From Octopus vulgaris (lineage: Eukaryota), in contig OX597817.1 in NCBI GenBank assembly GCA_951406725.2, forward strand, positions 117,944,001 through 118,068,000: a stretch of 124,000 nucleotides of DNA. Direction: 5' to 3'. Both the position numbers and the translations under genes were made by a program. The notes beneath the pieces were generated by a model. The model searched no databases. It was not told where the DNA came from and saw nothing but the letters and a program-made list of their open reading frames with translations. Each line of letters begins with the position of its first letter. Within the stretch, counting starts at the first letter, position 1. Shown here in pieces: positions 116,160 through 124,000 of the stretch.

Positions 116160-116709
116160 ATGTTTGTGTGTCGGTATTTGTCTCCCAACATCGCTTGACA
116201 TTGGATGTTGGTGTGTTTATATACCCGTAACTTAGCGGTTCGGCAAAAGAGACCGATAGAATAAGTACTAGGCTTACAAAGAATAAGTCCAGGGGTCGAT
116301 TTGCTCTTCTAAAGGCGGTGCTCCAGCATGGCCGCAGTCAAATGACTGAAATAAGTAAAAGAGTAAAAGATTAAGATTATTTGTACAAATTTGTTTTCAA
116401 ACGCAGCTTTTTGTTGCTGACCTATGCATCCTTTCCTAAATTCATACGAATAACCTCAAAGGCCTGACGCACCCGTACTCACATATAGACATATATTGAT
116501 ATAATGTACCTATATATATATATATATATATAAAATTACAAATTGAGATAGGGGCTGTGAGTGCAACCCACTATGGGATAACATGTATCCAATATACTGC
116601 TAGTAAAGCACCCAACAAAGTTAATACATAAATGTTAAGAATTGCGATGCAATTAGTTCATTCACTGTATTATATGGGCAAAGGTAAAATGTTTTACCAC
116701 AAATTAATA

Positions 116710-117102
116710 ATACAAAATAAGAAAATGGAGAAATGCATCTTAATCAATAATCAACTACCAGATAATACCCAATCATATAATTTATTAAACCACTACATAT
116801 GAACATTAATGTCAAACATAATAATATAGAAGAAAACAAGGTACATCAATGAGTAATAAGATACCATAAGTACAGTATGTATAAGTGAATATAAATAAAT
116901 ACAAATATAAATATAAACTACATTTTACAGCTGTTTCAGCCATGCAGATATGGGTGCCTCATTATGCTCATATTAGCCATGCGTGGTAGGTTCATATGTA
117001 GTTATAAATGAGACACTTACAAAAATATCCCAAGGCCTCTTCAGAGATTATGAAGAACAAACTAAATAGAACATATGTATGTATATTGTTGTATATTATT
117101 AT

Positions 117103-117137
<35 letters not shown>

Positions 117138-117591
117138 AGGAGTATGGGTATATGCACTCATATGTATGTGTATATTATATATTATGGGTATGTACCCACT
117201 CTTGTATGGGTGTACCTCCTCTGATTTTCCTATTTAATTTAGTTTGTTCTTCATAATCTCTGAAGAGGCCTTGGGATATTTTTGTAAGTGTCTCATTTAT
117301 AACTACATATTAACCTATCACACATGGCTAATATGAGCATAATGAGGCACCCTTATCTGCATGGCTGAAACAGCTGTAAGATGTAGTTTATATTTATATT
117401 TGTATTTATTTATATTCACTTATCCATGTTGTAATTATTGTATCTTATTACTCATTGATGTACATTGTTTTGTTCTATATTATTATGTTTGACCTTAATG
117501 TTCATATGTAGTGGGTTAATAAATTATGTGATTGCGTATTATCTAGTAGTTGATTATTGATTAAGATGTATTTCTCCATTTTCTTATTTTG

Positions 117592-117594
<3 letters not shown>
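116710..117594. repeat. Divergent inverted repeat (~360-bp arms) with a hammerhead core in both arms
   Basis: 116710-117070 mirrors 117233-117594 with modest divergence. Confidence 0.9.
117256..117382 (+). ncRNA. Type I hammerhead ribozyme with a complete consensus core
   Basis: ATCT-CTGAAGA(117260-117266)-GGCC-[~92 nt]-GGCT-GAAA(117367-117370)-CAGCTG-TA(117377-117378)-AGAT; palindrome ACAGCTGT; GUA triplet. Confidence 0.75.
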
Positions 117595-117623
<29 letters not shown>

Positions 117624-118960
117624 CCAACACATTCATATGTGTGTGTGTGTGTGTGCTTTTAAAGAGACACTATGCAACTACACGCTCCCATCTTTAGCAA
117701 AACAATTATATATGCAAGGAAAAATTGATGACCGCATTGCACCACATACTGTATAGAGTCAGGTTTAATATGAAGTTAGACAACAACAACATATCCGTGA
117801 CTAATTACAAATACCGTTGTCTAATTAGCGAAGCACATAATTTAGACATTTAGAGTATAATATTCTATTTAGTTTATATGATTAACACCAAGAAACTTCA
117901 TAATTCATTGCATTGCTTCAAGAGCGTCTGGTATTTCTTTGACTGTATCCTACTTCTAGACACACAATAAGTTCGATCTTGTTCATCATATTTTGCTATA
118001 TCATTTGTTCAGTCTGTGAAGAATATAGGGTACGTTAATTAACATTCCTAATCCAAGAGAGAAAACTTGAAGCAGTATGTATATAATCGAAATGCTCAAT
118101 AAAAATAGAAAATAACGTTAACATTACCTTACATTTCAGAGAAATAAATATCCATTCCTAACCAGCGAATCTCAAATCAAAATTCTAACAAGCAGTAATT
118201 TGTCGGTTGTTTCGACTTACAAGAAGGCTTGGAATTATTTTCCGTCAAATCCCAACTTTCGAAATGGTGTTATTAGAGCATATAGCTTGTATTATAGTGC
118301 GCAGATGTGTGTGTGTGTGTATACATGCGTGTGTGTGTTTGTTAGTGCGTGTATGCATGTACGTATGCATACACAAGAGGCAGTATGCATGTACGTGTGC
118401 ATAGATAGTATTAAGTTCATTATTTGTGAGTGTACTCCTTGGATATATAACAGTGATAATTATATTCATGAAAAACGATAGAGCTTTCTCTGTGAAATTA
118501 CCCAGGCACCAGCTCACAGAGAAACATGAATTCACATATTCAAATCTTCAACCATACGCGCACAGATACATACAAGCATGCATTCATATGTCAGTGTGAT
118601 TGTAATTTATGTGACAGTGTGAGTCTTCGTGATCCTGCAAAATATATTTTTTTGTTAGGGGCATTCTAACAAACATGCAATGGCATATGGTGTGATAGTT
118701 TCCGGGGATAAAATCAAATGATCATTCACAAATTTTGTTCTGCACAGAATCTACCTATGTAGATATTTTTCCTTAGGTAAGTTGAAGTAATGTTGAAAAA
118801 TAAAAGAGAGAAGATATAATAAATAGTTTATGTATTTGTTTTGTAAGGGTTTGATGTGAAACCGTATGTTGCAACAGATATTGTTATACATGGGGATGAT
118901 CAAATTGAATAAGCAGAACAAGATTGGTCCAGGCCATGTCTAACATATATATATATATAT

Positions 118961-119162
118961 GTACAATATGCTAAATGTAGACCAAATATCGTGTCTACAT
119001 TTAGCTTATTGGATGTCCACTTAATGGTCATCCTTCTTACATGAATGTAATATAATTTTTCAAAATCTTCAGATTTTTCACTATACTAGGCTACTGGTTT
119101 AAATATTAACGAAATTAATATCAATTTATTACTCTTATTACTTAAACATACATATATATATT

Positions 119163-119197
<35 letters not shown>

Positions 119198-119484
119198 ATA
119201 TACTATAATACATTTATGTATGTTTGTATATATGTGTGGGTGTGCGTGTGTATGTATGTATATATATAGATTGATAGATAAAACTTACTTGGAAGAGGAT
119301 GCGTGGCGTTCAATCATATGACACTATATATATATATGTAAATATATATATATAGTGTCATATGATTGAACGCCACGCATCCTCTTCCAAGTAAGTTTTA
119401 TCTATCAATCTATATATATACATACATACACACGCACACCCACACATATATGTACAAACATACATAAATGTATTATAGCTATAT

Positions 119485-119519
<35 letters not shown>

Positions 119520-119716
119520 AATATATATATGTATGTTTAAGTAATAAGAGTAATAAATTGATATTAATTTCGTTAATATTTAAACCAGTAGCCTAGTATA
119601 GTGAAAAATCTGAAGATTTTGAAAAATTATATTACATTCATGTAAGAAGGATGACCATTAAGTGGACATCCAATAAGCTAAATGTAGACACGATATTTGG
119701 TCTACATTTAGCATAT

Positions 119717-119721
<5 letters not shown>
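118961..119721. repeat. 761-bp near-perfect palindrome of mixed unique and microsatellite DNA
   Basis: 118961-119337 mirrors 119343-119721 with only a few small indels; (TA)n at the centre and both outer ends. Confidence 0.92.
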
Positions 119722-119765
<44 letters not shown>

Positions 119766-119780
119766 ATATATATATATATA

Positions 119781-120153
119781 CTAGCAGTATCGCCCGGCGT
119801 TGCTCAGGTTTGTAAGGGAAATAACTATAAAGCATCTTTAGAGAGTTATAGCCAAAAAATAGCAAAAAATGGAAAAAAAAATGATGGTAAATTTTTTTGA
119901 GAGTAAAAAGGTTGAGTTGCGTCCCCTAGACAGTCTGTGGTTTGTTTTTTTTATTCTCGACCCCATGTCGAATTTATCGATTTTTTTCAGAACTGGGGGA
120001 ACTTTTCAAAATTTTCGCTGCGTTAGTTTTGAATTATGACATTGGGCTATGCGTGTGTCAAGTTTCATCAGAATCGGTTGAAAGCCGTGGTCAGGGTGAG
120101 GGTACGAGAAAACAGACACACAGAAACATACAGACAAACTCCGTTTATATATA

Positions 120154-120155
<2 letters not shown>
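119781..120155 (-). mobile_element. Non-autonomous Helitron, 375 bp, with chimeric ends
   Basis: CTAG 119781-119784 and 3' ~130 bp near-identical to 73013 onward; 5' ~240 bp near-identical to 63178-63419. Confidence 0.88.
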
Positions 120156-120184
<29 letters not shown>

Positions 120185-120949
120185 CGTATATACATAATTA
120201 TATGTACATGCTTATATCGATACGTATATATATATATATATATATAAATATGCATATGTGAGCACAGCACGTCATAAAGTGTGTACAACACAAAAATACG
120301 AAGTACGAGTACATGGAATATAAACTATTTTTTCGACCAACAAAAGACACAAATGGAACACTTTCGTTATCCTTTCTCTCTCTTATTCTTTTACGTCCAT
120401 GTCCCGCTATTGTATCCTATTACTCTGATATAAGAAAATTAATAAAATATCCACTTATATTGCCTTTAGTCGCTTAGATTATTAAAAATTTATTATATGC
120501 TATTAAATTAGTATATCATTAAAGTTGCCATCTATGTATCATACTTAATACATGCACACTATCGATTGGCCTGTCAACGTAGTATTTGTCCTGAGATAAC
120601 GTCTTTTATGGATTGTCATGTTAAAGACACAGAAGATATTAGAGACGAAACACCGTCCCAGCTGCTGCCAGCCTAAATGTCAAATGAATTGATTACAATA
120701 CATAACTATTATTAATACGTACCTACACCAATTGGCCATGCCGAATTTTAATTAACCAAGGCATTTTTGGAATGTTCTGATCAGTTTCTCTTCTCCTGGC
120801 GAATTCTCGCTTGTGCATGTGGCTGTTTGCAAATATGTATCATTAAAAAGCCCCAGTTAAGCCGAAATGCATCTAGCACCGTCATTAGCGATTGGTGATA
120901 TGAATGTTCGTCTCTCATTTTCTGTTATATCTATTGTATTTTTTTACAG

Positions 120950-121002
120950 AGCAGGTAGAGCTCTCCGGAAAAATACTGCAGTAACTGATATATCACCAGT
121001 TT
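120950..121002 (+). other. Candidate small exon (unverified)
   Basis: Strong polypyrimidine tract plus TTTTTACAG acceptor ending at 120949; open frame AGRALRKNTAVTDISPV; possible GT donors at 120981, 120999 or 121003. Confidence 0.2.
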
Positions 121003-124000
121003 GTATGCGTTAGGCACGTTGTGTGTGTGTGTATATGTGTGTGCGTGCGTTCTGTGTGTGTGCTTGTGTATGTACATATTTTTTAAATATAATTATAGAT
121101 GCACATACAATCGTATTTAATAATTGACTAAATCATATATAGTGCCAAAGGCATGTCCATATTTAGTTATTATTAACATTCTTAAAAGTTGTTCAAGTTT
121201 AAGTTGGTGTTAAATTATAACAATGTGTCTGGAAATGTTGCTAAACATCGTAATTTTTGTTCAAAACAATTATTTCAGGAATCGTATAATTTCCTAAAGG
121301 TAATTTAAAATAGATTATTTCTTGGATATGCTTTTAAATTTGCGACATGTCTGTATGTATGTATGTATGTGTTCGTTAGTAGATACCGTACTGGCTGATG
121401 GGCGTAAGCTATTCTCAGCTGATGGAGATGTATTTATTAGTTTTGTAAGGAAGCACAGTTGGTGGTAGCTAACTGTTTCTTCCAAAGAAAAGTAAGAGAA
121501 CATCAAGGAATTAAGAATTTACATGCTTACAGGGATGACTGTTCGTTATCTGCAGATAAACTGATCACTTACGACATGTTTACGTATTATTGTTTATCTA
121601 TTAGCTGAGCCTAATCAAACTTACTTTGGCCAGTGCAAAATTTATCGTGTTTTTTACATAGATACATTACGTTTTAAAGTATCTTGGCCTTTAGCAATTT
121701 GCATAATAAAAACTGGCAAATCATATAGCACATTTTAGCTAATGACATGCATTTAAATTTAAAGAAATAGCGGTGTACTAATGACATACAGAGAACTTCT
121801 CATTTAAAATTTAGTTCTTATTTGAAGAAAATATATAGAATACTAGTGGTACTAATTGTCACAAAGGGCGACCATTTTAGGCATAGGTTAATTAGTACAT
121901 GAAAGCATAACTCAAGTTCAAATTCATGCCATTGGTCCAAATGAGCTATTTCTATAGCTTGTTTTATTTTGTTATTAGAGAAAAGGAACAGCACTTTAGA
122001 GAAATGTACTGATGTAAATTATATTTTGCGATACAATGGATATTGTTTATATATATATATAAATGAAAATTCAGAATTTACGTTATAAAATATAGATGAG
122101 TTATCAAGAACGATATTATCTTAGCAAAATACTAAACTTACAGGCAACGTTTTGTGAGAGGAGTAAGTGAACATCAAATTTACCTGGATCAAAACTCGTT
122201 TAAAGAGGTTGGAATGCTAGTATAATATAACACAAAATATTTACAGGAAATGGAATACAGTCAAGAAAATTAGAGTTCATGATAGAGTTCATAATATATT
122301 AAGTATCTTGAGATCAGTTCAAATATGTTTGGGATAACTTATATGTTATATATGTTTGGTTAAATAGCATTTTCTCTACAGTTTGCTTTAGAGAAAATTC
122401 TTGCGTTAACGATAACTGTTAAAAGCACCACAGTCAGTCCATAGCATTTGCTATAGTAGATGCATTTCTTGCCTGTTACCGATCTTCAGTCCCGCTGTAC
122501 CGAACGAGACGTCAATAGCACTAGACCTTTCTCTGGTATACAAAGACTGATTTGAAGGTAAGCTTGCTCATATTACTGACGACACTGCAAAGAAGGTATT
122601 CCATTTCATATCATCATATTGTTAGGACTATGATTTACTTCGATTTTTCTACTTGAACATTTTCAAACAATGTTCACGTATTGTTATTGTTTTATTGTTG
122701 TTGTTTGTTTTTGTTGTTGTTGGGTTTGACCTGTTTCTGTTCTTGCTCTTGCTGTTATATATATTAATTCTACTGACACCTTACTTGCTGCAGATAAGAA
122801 TATATGTCTTACGCTGGAATATTAAGCTATGTTCGTGTACACTTGTGGTAACATATTAAGATACGGTTAATATTAGTCGAGAGTAGAATATTTAACGAAT
122901 ATAAGATTCCGACATTACAAAATAGGATTCTTGTCATGCTCATTTATTATTTACTAAAGTATGAGTTACTATTTTATGTTCAGGCTCTACAAGACAGACA
123001 ATATTGATTTTTCGCCGATCATTTATATCGACATTGGTACCATTTAGACAATGCATCGTTAGAGACGTACATACAGAGAACAAACCGATAAATGCTAAGT
123101 CCGGTTAGGATTCGAGAAAACGATGTCCTCTGTTAAACACCATTATCAAGTAATTCAATACTAGAAATCCTCGCTTATATTTCAGAATTATAAAGCATAT
123201 TTTTCCGTTGTTCAGATACACATGAAATATATATAATTTCGTGCAATCTTCATTTACTTTACATTGACGCTTTCTGTTCTATTCAAAGTAGAAATGGTAC
123301 CACTATAATTATAATTATAGCTAAATTCAACCGCTATATACATGTCAGTCCGATGCATTCATAAATGCCAGAATCTGCAAAGCTTCAGCCCATTAAAGAG
123401 GGGGAAATTTGAAAGAGAGCTTGCTGGTAGCAATAGTAATGCACAGAGTAAGACACACTGGCACACACATGTGTGTATTTGTGTGTATCTGTCTGCATTG
123501 CGTTCTCACAGTTTATAGTTGTATTTACAATATGTTCAGAAAATTCGTAGGCTTTGCAACATTAAACAGAGTTTTGACAGTGTCATAATACAGATGTGAT
123601 CTCCGAGTCCTTAGAATTCATATTACGAAATAGCATCCCCAGGAAGGACGTTATTTTACTTGTATTGACATGGGGGAGAAATCTTTTTTCTACCCCACTC
123701 TCCTTGATTGCATACCATTTGCTGATGCATTTTCTATGCCTCCAGACACACCTGGAATACCACTTTTTGCGACTTGCATATCCAGGTATTTATTTACAAT
123801 GATGTCATTAGTTAACCATGCTACCATAACAAAAATATTTTGCTCTTAACAATCGGAAGATATATTGGTCTGATATAGTTAATATACTTTTAGAATATAC
123901 TATCTAACAACTATCCTGCATTTATTGTCGGTCTTCAGTTTGACACACTCAAGAAAATTGTTATATTTTCGATACAGCAGTAGGGGATTCCTAGAGTCAT

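Larger units (their letters stand above)
115145..116370 (+). mobile_element. SINE family A split by ~870 bp of palindromic insertions in its internal (TA)n
   Basis: Head and core at 115145-115290; tail at 116160-116370; two inverted repeats lie between. Confidence 0.8.

Overview
AT-rich, microsatellite-dense eukaryotic DNA. The tRNA-derived SINE families present are most consistent with an octopus (cephalopod) genome, which is an inference. No host protein-coding gene can be supported; only weak candidate micro-exons appear near 121-122.5 kb. The window is essentially a transposon graveyard. The largest feature is a near-intact 6.1-kb autonomous Helitron (57275-63419, minus; STPR-like repeats, Rep and Pif1 helicase) with one nonsense codon and one frameshift in the helicase. 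At least five non-autonomous Helitrons sit mostly in (TA)n tracts, all in the same orientation. Also present are CR1/L2, R4/Dong-like and Penelope-like (PLE) retroelement remnants, Tc1/mariner copies and many SINEs. The most interesting signal is a dozen or more minimal type I hammerhead-ribozyme (HHR) motifs from several unrelated repeat families, each with its own palindromic helix III. They lie in divergent inverted repeats, in a 354-bp retrozyme-like tandem, and in a tRNA-headed SINE with a PLE-style inverted tail. A second recurrent signal is fold-back duplication of local DNA anchored on (TA)n tracts. All family assignments come from manual motif recognition; no database search or folding program was run.
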